Assembly: GCA_018970485.1 (NCBI GenBank)
Contig: JAGWWH010000001.1
Span: forward strand, 7,137 to 71,136
DNA: 64,000 nt
Reading direction: 5' to 3'
Source: Pseudomonadota bacterium
Lineage (GTDB): Bacteria > Pseudomonadota > Alphaproteobacteria > Rickettsiales > UBA1997
Position 1 is the stretch's first letter. Each line of letters starts with the position of its first letter. The translations under genes were made by a program, and so were the position numbers. Under the pieces are notes generated by a model. It worked only from the letters and a program-made list of their open reading frames with translations. It had not been told where the DNA came from and did no database searches. Below are positions 1 through 10,600 of this stretch, piece after piece.

Positions 1-609
1 ATTGTCTGCACCGTGATCTACATCGCCGTTGCTTTGACGCTTACCGGAATTGTGAATTTTTCCACACTAAACAACGCTGAGCCAATGGCTCGCGCACTTC
101 GCGACAATGGTAGCAATCTTGGTTCAGCCATGATTGCAACTGGCGCAATCGCTGGAATGGTCGCGGTTTTGTTGGTGATGATGTTTGGTCAATCGCGTAT
201 TTTCTTTGCGATGTCACGTGACGGATTACTTCCCACCTTTTTTTGCAAACTTCACAAGAAGCACGGAACTCCTTACCTCAACTGTCTTTTCGTCACATTA
301 ATCGTTTGTTTAGTAGCTGGCTTCATGCCAATTCATTTGATGGGACAAATGTGCAGCATTGGATCGCTTTTTGCTTTCGCGATTGTTTCAATCGGCGTGA
401 TTATTCTTCGCATCAAAAGGCCAGCTCTACACAGGCCATTTACTTGCCCAGCGGTTTTTGTGGTTGCTCCTCTAGCTGTGGCCGGATGCGCTTACTTAAT
501 TTACACACTAATGCTCGAGGCAGGCAAACCTACACTGATCTGGTTCGCCATTGGTACTGCGATTTATTTCCTCTACTCTCGTCAGAGAAGTCATCTTCAC
601 AAAAAATAG
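1..609 (+). CDS. APC-family amino acid permease (5' end outside window)
   Basis: Multi-TM protein with SRIFFAMSRDGLLP and RPFTCP motifs; frame open from base 1. Confidence 0.9.
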   Translation: MVCTVIYIAVALTLTGIVNFSTLNNAEPMARALRDNGSNLGSAMIATGAIAGMVAVLLVMMFGQSRIFFAMSRDGLLPTFFCKLHKKHGTPYLNCLFVTLIVCLVAGFMPIHLMGQMCSIGSLFAFAIVSIGVIILRIKRPALHRPFTCPAVFVVAPLAVAGCAYLIYTLMLEAGKPTLIWFAIGTAIYFLYSRQRSHLHKK

Positions 610-714
610 CATTTAGCCTTGAATCACCTCCGCTAGCGATCACTAATCTTTAGCGCGATTCTCTCGATTACACCAATTCCCCTCTATTAAAAGGCCAAGA
701 GCCTAATTCCAAAC

Positions 715-3700
715 ATGACGACAATTTCTAACTACAACCACAAGCTCTCTGAAAAAAAGTGGCAAAAAATTTGGGCAGAAAAAAATACTTTTAAATTCGA
801 CGAAAATTCCGCGAAGGAAAAATATTACGTGCTCGAAATGTTTCCTTACCCGTCGGGAAAAATTCACATGGGACACCTTCGCAATTACGCGATTGGCGAT
901 GCTTTAGCACGTTTCAAAAAAATGCAGGGCTTCAATGTTTTGCATCCGATGGGTTTTGATGCTTTCGGTCTTCCCGCCGAAAACGCTGCACTTGAACACA
1001 AAATTCACCCCGAAAACTGGACGCTAAAAAACATCGAGCAGATGCGTGCCGAGTTGAAATCAATCGGCCTCTCGATTGATTGGAATCGCGAAGTCGCAAC
1101 TTGTTTGCCGAATTACTACAAACACGAGCAAAAAATTTTCCTCGATTTCCTTAAAAACGGCCTCGCTTACCAAAAAGAATCTCACGTCAATTGGGATCCA
1201 GTAGATCAAACCGTTCTTGCCAACGAACAAGTCATCGACGGCCGCGGCTGGCGTTCCGGCGCGTTAATCGAAAAAAGAAAATTGAAGCAATGGTTCCTAA
1301 AAGTTTCTGATTTTTCCGAAGAACTTTTGTCGGAATTAAAAAACCTCCCCGGCTGGGATGAGCGCGTGCGCATCATGCAGGAGAAGTGGATTGGGAAGAG
1401 TGAAGGGCAGGTGATTGATTTTAAAATTTCCGAATCAGCAAAAGCCCTCTTTGAAAAAGAGGGAGGAGTCGCGAGAGCGGCGGAGGGTGATTTAAGTTCC
1501 GAGTCCGCTTCACTAAAATCCTCCGTCGCCTCTAGCGACACCTCCTTTTTCGAAGGAGGCATTCCGGTTTACACGACACGTCCTGACACCTTATTTGGCG
1601 CGTCTTTTGTGGCGATTTCTCCGAATCATCCGATCGCTTTGGAGTTGGCGCAGACAAATCCTGAACTGCAAAATTTCATCGCTGAATGTAATCGTTCTGC
1701 GGTTGATGAACAAACTCTCGAGAAGCAAGAAAAGCGCGGTTTCAAAACCATTTTACAAGTTGAACATCCCCTCGATTCCAATTGGAAATTAGACGTTTAC
1801 GTCGCCAATTTCGTTTTGATGGAATACGGCACGGGAGCAATATTTGGCTGCCCGGCGCATGATGAGCGCGATTTTGAATTTGCGACAAAATACCAATTAC
1901 CAATTCGCCAAGTTGTTGAAAATTTCGACAAATTTTTAGCAGAAAATGATTTAGTAAATTTTTCCGATGCCGGCATCCAGGCAGTAATTGCAAGCCTCAA
2001 AGCCAAATCAAAAGATCAGACTGAACTCGCCAAACTCGCTTACGAATTTGTGCGTGACGAGATCAATCACTCAATGGATGACGCAAAATATTTGCCACAA
2101 ACTCCATTCCTCAAAGCCAGCGAAGTCTTGAGGGCAAAGGTTGGATTCTGCTTCGGAAAATCAGTTTTACTTTGCGCAATTTTGCGCGGAATGAAAATTC
2201 CTTGCGGATTTTCCGAACAACTTTTGATGTTCGACGAAACTGTTTCTGAGCGCAAAATCATTCACACCGTCAACGCGATTTACTTAAATAAAAAATGGAT
2301 TCGCGTCGATGCGCGCGGCAACAAGCCGGAAGATGTGAATGCGGATTTCAACGGACATCTCGCTTACCGGGCCCGCTCCGAATTTAACGAAATCGACAAT
2401 CTTGGAATCTACGCCGAAGTTTCTGCAGCGGCACGCAAACTTCACCAAATCAGCAAAACAAACGCCGAAATCATCGAAAATCTTTTTGCTGAAATTAACG
2501 CGCCAAGCCAAGCCAATCTTGAAGATGGAGTGATGATTAACTCTGACTTTTTGGATGGATTAACTTCTGCGGAAGCGAAGGAAAAAGTTTTCGAAAAACT
2601 TTCCGCAACCAACCAAGCGACGAAAAAAATTAATTACCGTCTTCGTGATTGGGGCGTTTCGCGTCAACGCTACTGGGGCTGCCCGATTCCAATTCTTTAC
2701 TTGGAAGATGGTTCTGTTGTGCCAGTTCCCGAAGATCAACTTCCGGTCGAGTTACCAAAAGATGTAGAATTCACCGGCGCCGGAAATCCTCTCGCGCTGC
2801 ATCCAACTTGGAAATACACGACTTACAAAGGCCCTGACAATAAAACCCTTAGGGCAATCCGCGAAACTGACACTTTTGACACTTTCTTCGAGAGCTCCTG
2901 GTACTTTTTGCGCTACATTTCTCAGCCAGAAAATAAAGCCTTCGACCGCGATGCAGCAAATAAATTCATGCCTGTAGACCAGTACATCGGTGGCGTTGAG
3001 CACGCAGTTTTGCATTTGCTTTACGCAAGATTTTTCACCAAAGCGCTAAAAAAATGCGGTTACCTCGACATCTCCGAGCCCTTCAAAAACCTGCTTACTC
3101 AAGGCATGGTTTGTCACGCAACTTACAAAGACAAAGAAACGGGAAAATGGCTTTTTCCTGCTGAGGCTCTCGAGCGCAAACCAGAAGAAGTAATTTTTGG
3201 TCGCTCTGAAAAAATGAGTAAGTCGAAGAAAAATACGGTAGAACCTTCGCGAATTGTTGAGGCCTACGGCGCAGATACCGCAAGGCTTTTCATGCTTTCC
3301 GACACTCCGCCTTCACGCGATTTAGAATGGTCTGAAAGCGGCATTGACGGTTGCTGGAAATACACCAATCGCCTTTGGAGGTTGGTTGCCTCCTTTGAAA
3401 AAGGAGTTGGTGCGCGTAGTGCGACGGAGGATTTAAATCTCACTAAACTTACTCACAAAACAATCGCCGAAGTAAAAGATGAGTACGAAAAAATGGGCTT
3501 CAACCGCGCGATTGCTAAGATCCGCGAATTTTCAAATGCGCTAGAAAAATCTGAAAACGTTTCTGAATTCGCGCTGAAAAATTTGGTGATTCTGATTGCG
3601 CCAATCATGCCGCATTTGGCTGAAGAATTGTGGGCAGAGCTTGGACAAAAAACTTTAGTCTCCGAAGAAAAATTCCCTGATTTTGATCCAGCTTTAATCG

Positions 3701-3897
3701 TCGAGGATGAAGTAGGAATTGCCGTGCAAGTTAGTGGCAAGCTACGCGCTGTAATTCAAATGCCGAAAGGTTTAAGCAAAGAAGCTCTCGAAAAAGCGGC
3801 GTTTGAAAATGAAAATGTAAAAAGATTTCTCGAAGGAAAAGAAGTTAAGAAAGTAATCACCATTCCGGACAAATTAGTGAACATCGTTGCTGTTTAG
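715..3897 (+). CDS. leuS: Leucine--tRNA ligase with three in-frame insertions
   Basis: [39 protein letters not shown]; 1060 aa versus the usual ~830-860. Confidence 0.98.
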   Translation: MTTISNYNHKLSEKKWQKIWAEKNTFKFDENSAKEKYYVLEMFPYPSGKIHMGHLRNYAIGDALARFKKMQGFNVLHPMGFDAFGLPAENAALEHKIHPENWTLKNIEQMRAELKSIGLSIDWNREVATCLPNYYKHEQKIFLDFLKNGLAYQKESHVNWDPVDQTVLANEQVIDGRGWRSGALIEKRKLKQWFLKVSDFSEELLSELKNLPGWDERVRIMQEKWIGKSEGQVIDFKISESAKALFEKEGGVARAAEGDLSSESASLKSSVASSDTSFFEGGIPVYTTRPDTLFGASFVAISPNHPIALELAQTNPELQNFIAECNRSAVDEQTLEKQEKRGFKTILQVEHPLDSNWKLDVYVANFVLMEYGTGAIFGCPAHDERDFEFATKYQLPIRQVVENFDKFLAENDLVNFSDAGIQAVIASLKAKSKDQTELAKLAYEFVRDEINHSMDDAKYLPQTPFLKASEVLRAKVGFCFGKSVLLCAILRGMKIPCGFSEQLLMFDETVSERKIIHTVNAIYLNKKWIRVDARGNKPEDVNADFNGHLAYRARSEFNEIDNLGIYAEVSAAARKLHQISKTNAEIIENLFAEINAPSQANLEDGVMINSDFLDGLTSAEAKEKVFEKLSATNQATKKINYRLRDWGVSRQRYWGCPIPILYLEDGSVVPVPEDQLPVELPKDVEFTGAGNPLALHPTWKYTTYKGPDNKTLRAIRETDTFDTFFESSWYFLRYISQPENKAFDRDAANKFMPVDQYIGGVEHAVLHLLYARFFTKALKKCGYLDISEPFKNLLTQGMVCHATYKDKETGKWLFPAEALERKPEEVIFGRSEKMSKSKKNTVEPSRIVEAYGADTARLFMLSDTPPSRDLEWSESGIDGCWKYTNRLWRLVASFEKGVGARSATEDLNLTKLTHKTIAEVKDEYEKMGFNRAIAKIREFSNALEKSENVSEFALKNLVILIAPIMPHLAEELWAELGQKTLVSEEKFPDFDPALIVEDEVGIAVQVSGKLRAVIQMPKGLSKEALEKAAFENENVKRFLEGKEVKKVITIPDKLVNIVAV
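1445..1559. repeat. Palindromic repeat family C, inverted pair in-frame in leuS
   Basis: CCCTCTTTGAAAAAGAGGG (1445-1463) and CCTCCTTTTTCGAAGGAGG (1541-1559) hairpins with GGAGGGTGATTT / AAATCCTCCG flanks; matches 3389-3435 and 52989-53094. Confidence 0.85.
1921..2500 (+). other. Transglutaminase-like domain inserted in LeuRS
   Basis: [49 protein letters not shown] between LPIRQVV and DGVMINS. Confidence 0.85.
3389..3435. repeat. Palindromic repeat family C, single unit in-frame in leuS
   Basis: CCTCCTTTGAAAAAGGAG..GCGACGGAGGATTTA; reverse complement nearly identical to 52989-53034. Confidence 0.85.
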
Positions 3898-3905
3898 CCA
3901 TTCTC

Positions 3906-3980
3906 TGGATTGCCCGCGCTTCGCTCGCAATGACGTGACCAGAGTTCGTCATTGCGAGGAGCGTAAGCGACGCGGCAATC
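3906..3980. repeat. REP-like palindrome family A (CGTCATTGCGAG type), inverted dimer
   Basis: GGATTGCCCGCGCTTCGCTCGCAATGACG..CGTCATTGCGAGGAGCGTAAGCGACGCGGCAATC directly after the leuS stop. Confidence 0.85.
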
Positions 3981-4012
3981 AATCTCGTTACAACTAGTAA
4001 AAGTAAAAATTC

Positions 4013-4381
4013 ATGAATTTAATCCTAATCGCCATCGGCGGCGCTGCTGGCTCGGTGGCTCGTTACTTACTTAGTCTTTTTTTAGAAGCGGGAAAATTTC
4101 CGCTTGCGACTTTTGCTGTAAACGTAATTGGCTCAATGTTAGCGGGCATTGCCTACTACTTCGTAATCAAGCATTTCGACGCAATCGACCCGCGTTTTAA
4201 GAATTTTATTTTCGTTGGATTTCTCGGCGGATTTACAACTTTTTCCGCTTTCTCTCTCGATTTTTTCCGCCTCTTTTCTGCGGGAAATTATTCACAGGCA
4301 TTGCTTTACGCACTTGCTACAACTCTACTCTCAATCCTCGCCGTATTTTTCGGATTTTATTTAACCAAACTAATCGCGTGA
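4013..4381 (+). CDS. crcB: Fluoride efflux channel FluC/CrcB
   Basis: GGAAGSVARY, NVIGS, GFLGGFTTFSAF. Confidence 0.95.
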   Translation: MNLILIAIGGAAGSVARYLLSLFLEAGKFPLATFAVNVIGSMLAGIAYYFVIKHFDAIDPRFKNFIFVGFLGGFTTFSAFSLDFFRLFSAGNYSQALLYALATTLLSILAVFFGFYLTKLIA

Positions 4382-5313
4382 AATCTTCCTTTCGCAATTC
4401 CGAGCGCAACAAGCGCAGAAAGCCGCCCAGAGCTTCTCAAGATCAAGAAGTGCCAGCTGAAGATCAGAATGAAAAATCGCTACGTCTCGACAAATTTCTT
4501 TGCAAAAAATTCGACATTTCTTTTGGCCTCGCACAAAAAATAATTCGCGAAAAGAAAGTTAAAGTGAATGGGAAGAGGGTCGATGCCGCTTACAAAGTAG
4601 AGAAGGAAGACCAGATTGAAATTTTCTCTGACCTAAAAAAACGTCACGACAAGCAAAAGCAAAAACCGCAAATTTCTTTCGAAAAAATGAAGAAATTTTT
4701 GTCTTTCGTAATTTACGAAGATGAAAATCTCGTCGCCATTGACAAGCCTTCGGGCTTTGCTACGCAAGGCGGCAGCGGAATTGAAATTTCTGTGAATGAC
4801 TTCGCGCAAGAAAAAGGTTGGCAGCTAGTTCATCGTCTCGACAAAGACACCAGCGGCATTTTGTTGCTCGCAAAAAACAACGAAGCGACAGAAGTGCTGA
4901 CAGAAGGATTCAAAAACAAAACCATTGAGAAGACTTACCTGGCGCTGGTTTGCGGCGTTCCGAAAAAATCGGAAGGAACAATTGTAATTCCGCTGCGCAA
5001 AAAACTTTTGGGAAAAAACGAAAAAGTTTTGCCGGATTTTGAAGAGGGAAAAGAAGCGATTACCAAATTTAAAGTGCTCAAAACTTTTGCTGACCATGCT
5101 TTACTCGAGCTCAAGCCGCTTACTGGCAGAACGCATCAGCTTCGTGTGCATTGCAAAGAACTTGGTCATCCGATTGTGAATGACGTAAAATACGGCGGCA
5201 AAGAAACGCTGAAAAAAGAACTTGGAAGCAAGATGTGTTTACACGCGCGCAAGATTGTGATTCCGAAGTTTTTTGGGAAGAAAGTTGAGATTGAATGTAA
5301 ATCTGTGTTTTAA
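4378..5313 (+). CDS. rluC: RluA/RluC-family pseudouridine synthase
   Basis: S4 domain RLDKFL, HRLDKDTSG, TGRTHQLRVH. Confidence 0.9.
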   Translation: MKSSFRNSERNKRRKPPRASQDQEVPAEDQNEKSLRLDKFLCKKFDISFGLAQKIIREKKVKVNGKRVDAAYKVEKEDQIEIFSDLKKRHDKQKQKPQISFEKMKKFLSFVIYEDENLVAIDKPSGFATQGGSGIEISVNDFAQEKGWQLVHRLDKDTSGILLLAKNNEATEVLTEGFKNKTIEKTYLALVCGVPKKSEGTIVIPLRKKLLGKNEKVLPDFEEGKEAITKFKVLKTFADHALLELKPLTGRTHQLRVHCKELGHPIVNDVKYGGKETLKKELGSKMCLHARKIVIPKFFGKKVEIECKSVF

Positions 5314-5460
5314 TTTTAGGGGTCTTTGAGGCGCTCTGTTGTTGGTTAAAATGAGATTTTGTCCGCGGGACAAAATCTAGTTTTTGGATTTGGTAAAATT
5401 AAATTTTCGTGAGGAGAGGTGTGTCAGAAATTGACTAATGGTAGTTTTCGTGGGTAGAGA

Positions 5461-5543
5461 TGGATTGCCGCGCTTCGCTCGCAATGACGTTTAAAGCAAG
5501 GCAACTTCTCTTCGCGTCATTGCGAGCGAAGCGCTGCAATCCA
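5461..5543. repeat. REP-like palindrome family A, inverted dimer between convergent rluC and polA
   Basis: 29-bp arms (5461-5489 / 5515-5543) with one mismatch. Confidence 0.9.
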
Positions 5544-5560
5544 TTGGGTCACGAGTGAAT

Positions 5561-8206
5561 TTACATCCACCTTTCGCCAATTTTTAAATCCACAACTAGC
5601 GGCGCGTCTAGCTTCACGGCGTTTTCCATTTCCAAAATCAAAAGTTGCGACACTACTTCCACTTCCTCTTTAGGCACTTCCACCAAAAGCTCGTCATGAA
5701 TTTGTAGCACCATTTTCGCTCTCAAATGTTTTTTGCTGAGAGCTTTGCTCACTTGAATCATCGCCTTCTTAATGATGTCGGCGGCGCTGCCTTGGATTGG
5801 GGCGTTAATCGCTAATCTTTCCGATTCTTGACGGCGCATCGGGTTCTTGTTGTTGATCTCGTGCACAAAACATTTGCGACCAGAAAGAGTGGTGACGTAG
5901 CCGTTTTGCTTAGCGAAATTAATGTGATTTTTCATGTATTCCTCAATGCCAGGGTAGGTCGCAAAGTAAGAATGAATGTAATCTGCCGCTTCGCTTTGCG
6001 GAATGTCTAGCTGTCTTGCGAGGCCGAAAGCACTGATTCCGTAGATGATGCCAAAATTAATCGCCTTCGCTTTTGAGCGCATGTCGTTGCTTACTTCGCT
6101 TTCAGGAATTCCAAAAATTTGCGCGGCGGTAATGCGGTGAATGTCTTTATTTTCTTTGAAGGCTTCAATTAGCGCGGTGATTTTTGCGACGTGGGCAATC
6201 ACGCGTAACTCAATCTGTGAGTAGTCGGCGGAGATTAGGAGATGTCCGGGTTTCGCGACAAAAGCTTCACGAATTTTTCTGCCTTCAAGCGTGCGAATCG
6301 GAATATTTTGTAGGTTTGGATTAGTTGAATTGAGTCGTCCCGTAACAGTTGAAATCGAAGAGAAGCTAGTGTGAACGCGATTAGTTTCTGGATTAATTTC
6401 TTTGGGCAAAGCGTCGGTGTAGGTATTTTTTAATTTTGAAAATTTACGAAATTCGAGAACTTTTGTCGCAATTAAAAAACCTTGTTCTTCTAGCTCTTCA
6501 AGCACTTCGGCATTTGTTGAAAGTACGCCAGTTTTTTTCGATTTTTTCTTCGATTTAAGGCCAAGTTTTTCAAACAAAATTTCACCAAGCTGTTTGGGTG
6601 AAGCGACGTTGAAATCGCAATTAGCGAGCAGATGAATTTCTTTAGTCAGCTCTTCAATTTTTTTACCAAATTCTTGCGAGAGTTCGTGCAGTTTTTTTGT
6701 GTCGATTTTAATGCCTTCACGCTCGATTTGCGCTAGAACTGGAAGAAGAGGAAGTTCGTAAGAAGTGTAGGGAGTGTTAAGTTTTAGTTCGGAAATTTTC
6801 GGTGAAAGAATTGTGTAAAGTTGAGCGAGAGCAAAGTTACGAAAGCAGGCGGAGTCTAGTTCTGAGAAGTCTTTTCCTTCAGAATTTTCGACGAGATTTA
6901 AATCAACTAATTCACGAAAATCATTTTTAATCGAAGAGTTGAGAAGGTGATTAATCACCGAAACATCTTCAAAAGCGCTGATTTCTAAATCGTAGTTTCT
7001 GAGAAATTTTTTAGTGTCGAAAAATATTTTTTTAATCGAGCTGTCTTGCAAAATTTTTTGTAGCACATCGGGCACAATCTCTTGATTTCGTTGAGTTCCA
7101 AAGAGATCGACAACTTCTGATTTTACTGAGAAATAAAAGATTTCTTTTGGTGCTGAGTTATTTTTGTAAGTCGAGATTGTTAGAAAATCCTTGTCGCAAT
7201 CAATCACCAGCAAGCCATTTGCGAGCGCTGTTTTTCTGATCTCATCAATCATTTCAGTAGAAGTGATTTCAGTTTTTTTCACTTCTAAAAAAGAAATTTC
7301 ATTCTTTGTTGATTGAGCCTGCTTCACATCATCTTCAACCAAAAACTCTTTTTTTACGCGAGTAATTAGTGAGTGAAAACCTTGTTCCTGTAAAAATGAA
7401 ATCAGCCTTTGAGGATCAACGCTTTGAAGACGAAGATCATCAATTTCAATGCCAAGCTCAACCTCGTAACACAAGGCAACTAAACGCTTCGAAAGCTCGG
7501 CATTTTTTTTGCCTTCAAGCAAAAGTTGGTGACGTTTTTCCTGCTTAATTTTGTCGAGATTGGCAAAAAGATTTTCGAGAGTGCCAAATTCTGAAATTAA
7601 TTCTGCTGCGGTTTTTGGACCAATTCCTCTTACTCCAGAAACATTGTCAGATGAATCACCCATTAGCGCTAACACATCTACAACTTGCTCAGGTTCAACG
7701 GCGAATTTTTCAAAAACTTCTTTGCGCGTAATAAATTTATTTTTCATTGCGTCATACATGAAGACGCTTGGATTTACTAACTGCATCAAGTCTTTGTCGG
7801 AAGAAACCACGAGCACTTCGTAACCTTTTTCAACTGACTGTTTGGTGATGGTGGCGATTACGTCGTCGGCTTCGAATCCAACTTTTTCAATAATTGGTAA
7901 ACCGAGTGATTCAGCAGCTTGACGCACGATTGCAAATTGTGGCTTTAGATCTTCTGGGCAAGGCGGGCGATTAGCTTTGTAGTCTGGAAAAATGTCGTTA
8001 CGAAAAGTTTTGGATCCGGCATCAAAAACAACGGCGACATGCGAAACATTTAATCCGGCGAGTAGTTTAATCAGCATGTTGGTAAATCCGTAAACTGCGC
8101 CAACTGGCGTACCATCTTGACGGGTTAGCGGAGGAAGAGAGTGGTAAGCGCGAAAGACAAAACTGTAGCCATCAATGAGGGCAATTTTTTTTGCGTCAGA
8201 CATCAT
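5561..8206 (-). CDS. polA: DNA polymerase I
   Basis: LIDGYSFVFRAYH 5'-3' exonuclease, DYSQIELR, KAINFGIIYG, QIHDEL. Confidence 0.98.
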   Translation of the reverse strand: MMSDAKKIALIDGYSFVFRAYHSLPPLTRQDGTPVGAVYGFTNMLIKLLAGLNVSHVAVVFDAGSKTFRNDIFPDYKANRPPCPEDLKPQFAIVRQAAESLGLPIIEKVGFEADDVIATITKQSVEKGYEVLVVSSDKDLMQLVNPSVFMYDAMKNKFITRKEVFEKFAVEPEQVVDVLALMGDSSDNVSGVRGIGPKTAAELISEFGTLENLFANLDKIKQEKRHQLLLEGKKNAELSKRLVALCYEVELGIEIDDLRLQSVDPQRLISFLQEQGFHSLITRVKKEFLVEDDVKQAQSTKNEISFLEVKKTEITSTEMIDEIRKTALANGLLVIDCDKDFLTISTYKNNSAPKEIFYFSVKSEVVDLFGTQRNQEIVPDVLQKILQDSSIKKIFFDTKKFLRNYDLEISAFEDVSVINHLLNSSIKNDFRELVDLNLVENSEGKDFSELDSACFRNFALAQLYTILSPKISELKLNTPYTSYELPLLPVLAQIEREGIKIDTKKLHELSQEFGKKIEELTKEIHLLANCDFNVASPKQLGEILFEKLGLKSKKKSKKTGVLSTNAEVLEELEEQGFLIATKVLEFRKFSKLKNTYTDALPKEINPETNRVHTSFSSISTVTGRLNSTNPNLQNIPIRTLEGRKIREAFVAKPGHLLISADYSQIELRVIAHVAKITALIEAFKENKDIHRITAAQIFGIPESEVSNDMRSKAKAINFGIIYGISAFGLARQLDIPQSEAADYIHSYFATYPGIEEYMKNHINFAKQNGYVTTLSGRKCFVHEINNKNPMRRQESERLAINAPIQGSAADIIKKAMIQVSKALSKKHLRAKMVLQIHDELLVEVPKEEVEVVSQLLILEMENAVKLDAPLVVDLKIGERWM

Positions 8207-8288
8207 TAAAAATTTATGATTTAAGATTTGGGATTTAGGATTTGATTAGTAATTAGATCGCAAATCTTAAATCATTAAATTTTTATTC

Positions 8289-8966
8289 ATGTACCGCCTC
8301 TACCATCATCCAATCTGCCCTTTTTCGCGCAAAGTTAGAGTACATCTAGCTGCAAAAGAAATTGGCTGCGAGTTGATTCAAGAAAATTTTTGGGAAAGAA
8401 AAAAAGAATTCATCGCCATGAATCCCGCCTGCACAGTGCCGGTGATGTTTGATAACAATAACGCAGTGGTTGTCGTTAATAGTTCGGTGATTATTGAATA
8501 CGTGGAAGAAAGGCATGAAAACACTAGATCTTTCATTGGAGAGTCTGCGGCGGAAAGGGCAGAAGTGCGCCGCCTGCAATATTGGTTTGATGAAAAATTT
8601 TACCACGAAGTCAGCAAGCATGTTTTGAATGAGCGTTATTTTAATCGCTATTCTTCTAGCTCTAGCTCGCCTAGTTCAGAAGTTCTTCGCGTTTCTAGGC
8701 GCAACTTAAACATTCACATGGGTTACATCGAATATCTTCTTGAGAGTAAAAGATATTTGGCGGGAGATCAAATCACCGTCGCTGACTTTGCCGCCGCTTG
8801 CCAGATTTCTGTGCTCGATTATTTTGGTGACATCAACTGGCATCATTACTCACCGGCAAAGGATTGGTACAGCATGATCAAATCTCACAAGATTTTTAGT
8901 GAAATTCTCAAGGATAGAATTCCAAGCATCGTGCCGGTCGAATGGTATTCGAAATTAGATTTTTAG
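8289..8966 (+). CDS. fzlA: GST-family FtsZ-binding protein FzlA
   Basis: LYHHPICPFSRKVR, WFDEKF, C-terminal YSKLDF typical of alphaproteobacterial FzlA. Confidence 0.75.
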   Translation: MYRLYHHPICPFSRKVRVHLAAKEIGCELIQENFWERKKEFIAMNPACTVPVMFDNNNAVVVVNSSVIIEYVEERHENTRSFIGESAAERAEVRRLQYWFDEKFYHEVSKHVLNERYFNRYSSSSSSPSSEVLRVSRRNLNIHMGYIEYLLESKRYLAGDQITVADFAAACQISVLDYFGDINWHHYSPAKDWYSMIKSHKIFSEILKDRIPSIVPVEWYSKLDF

Positions 8967-8977
8967 CTCCCAAGAAA

Positions 8978-9922
8978 ATGACCCTTACTCTTAACGAACA
9001 GCAAGCGAGAAGCTTTCTTGCCGCAAATAAAATTAGCGATTGCGAGATTAAAAAAGTTGCCGGTGACGCATCTTTTCGCTCTTATTACAGAATTTTTTCT
9101 GGTGAAAAAACTTACATTCTAATGTTTGCGCCACCTGCTTACGAAGATGTTAAGCCTTTCATGAAGATTGATGAATTTCTTGTGTCTCGCAATTTTTTTG
9201 CGCCAAAAATTTTTGCTGCTGACATCGATTCCGGGTTTTTGCTGCTTGAAGATTTAGGTGACGAAACTTACAGCAGAGTGCTTGCGAAAGATCCTTCGCA
9301 GGAGATGAAGATTTACCAACAAGCTTGCGATGTTCTGCTTGATCTCCACAAGGCTTCTATTCCCGCAGAGGTTGAAGAATACAATCATGCCTTACTTTTT
9401 CGCGAAGTTTTACTTTTTGTTGATTGGTATTTGCCCCTACAAAAACGCTTTCTGAGCTTAGAAAAAAAAGCTCAATTTAAGCTTTCATGGTTTAAGATTT
9501 TCGATCTTCTTAGCAAAGAAAAGCGCGTTTTGGTTTTACGTGATTTTCATGCCGATAACCTAATGACAATCCCTCGAGGTGTGGGATTACTTGATTTTCA
9601 AGATGCGGTGATTGGATCAAATGCTTACGATTTGGTTTCTTTGCTTGAAGATGCGAGACGAGATGTTGATGAAAAAACGCGTCAAAAAATTATTGAATAT
9701 TACCTAGATAAATCGGGTTGTGATCGAGAAAATTTCCTCCGCGATTATTCAATTCTTTCTTTGCAGCGTAATATTAAAATTCTTGGAATTTTCTCTCGTC
9801 TTTCTGTGCGAGACAAAAAACATAATTATTTAAGTTTAATCCCGCGAGTCCTTGATTTTGTTGAATCAAGACTGAATGACGAGATATTTTTCGAAATCAA
9901 AAAATTGATCAAAGATGAGTAA
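8978..9922 (+). CDS. amgK: Anomeric MurNAc/GlcNAc kinase (APH-like phosphotransferase)
   Basis: AGDASFRSYYR, LLLEDLG, RDFHADNL, LDFQDA, LQRNIKILGIF; ATG at 8978 preferred over the overlapping 8942 start. Confidence 0.8.
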   Translation: MTLTLNEQQARSFLAANKISDCEIKKVAGDASFRSYYRIFSGEKTYILMFAPPAYEDVKPFMKIDEFLVSRNFFAPKIFAADIDSGFLLLEDLGDETYSRVLAKDPSQEMKIYQQACDVLLDLHKASIPAEVEEYNHALLFREVLLFVDWYLPLQKRFLSLEKKAQFKLSWFKIFDLLSKEKRVLVLRDFHADNLMTIPRGVGLLDFQDAVIGSNAYDLVSLLEDARRDVDEKTRQKIIEYYLDKSGCDRENFLRDYSILSLQRNIKILGIFSRLSVRDKKHNYLSLIPRVLDFVESRLNDEIFFEIKKLIKDE

Positions 9923-10388
9923 AAAACACGAAAACATCTCAATGAATGAGGCAACTCCTGACAATCTAAAATTGCTCAGCGAAGTTTTTAAATTAATCGA
10001 AACCGAAACGGCTGAAATTGCTGAGATGGTTTTTGATTATCTTGTCGATGTTCTCGATGAGTATGTCATGACTGGAACCATTTCTGAAAATCATCCAAAC
10101 CCCAAAGTCAGGGCCTACATAAAAATTCTTAATCGCCTTTTTTTGTTGTCGCGCAAGAACTCTGACAAAGGCTCTTTTAAATTAATCAATCGCAAGACAG
10201 TGCAAGATTTGGATAAAAAAACTTACACCATTTGCATGTGCTTTGATGGCGGTGTTTCGCTCGATATTCTTTGCGATATCGTGAATGTTGAGAATCAAGG
10301 AAGAACGCCGGCCGCCTCTCCAGTCAAGGTTACGGTTAAACAAGTATTTCTCGGTGATCTAACTCACTCTAACTCGAGGGGTGGGTGA
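9915..10388 (+). CDS. Hypothetical protein
   Basis: 157-aa ORF overlapping both neighbours in an operon-like run. Confidence 0.7.
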   Translation: MSKKHENISMNEATPDNLKLLSEVFKLIETETAEIAEMVFDYLVDVLDEYVMTGTISENHPNPKVRAYIKILNRLFLLSRKNSDKGSFKLINRKTVQDLDKKTYTICMCFDGGVSLDILCDIVNVENQGRTPAASPVKVTVKQVFLGDLTHSNSRGG

Positions 10389-10600
10389 AAAAAATTTCGA
10401 TTTTCTTAATCAGATTTTATCAGCTTCTAATCTCGCCGCTACTCGGCTCTTACAAATGTCGCTTTAATCCAACTTGCTCAAATTACATGATTGAAGCGAT
10501 TTCTAAAAAAGGCTTATTCAGAGGATTTTTGCTCGGAATAAAGCGCCTGCTTAGTTGTCATACATTCTCCAAAAAAAGTGGATTTGATCCGGTCGAATGA
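10385..10600 (+). CDS. yidD: Membrane protein insertion efficiency factor
   Basis: IRFYQ..ISP, CRFNPTCSNY, RLLSCH, GFDPV. Confidence 0.93.
   Translation: MKKISIFLIRFYQLLISPLLGSYKCRFNPTCSNYMIEAISKKGLFRGFLLGIKRLLSCHTFSKKSGFDPVE

Noticed and set aside
1921-2500. Intein in LeuRS
   Set aside because: No N-terminal Cys/Ser splice block, no C-terminal His-Asn followed by Cys/Ser/Thr, no LAGLIDADG; the motifs are transglutaminase-like
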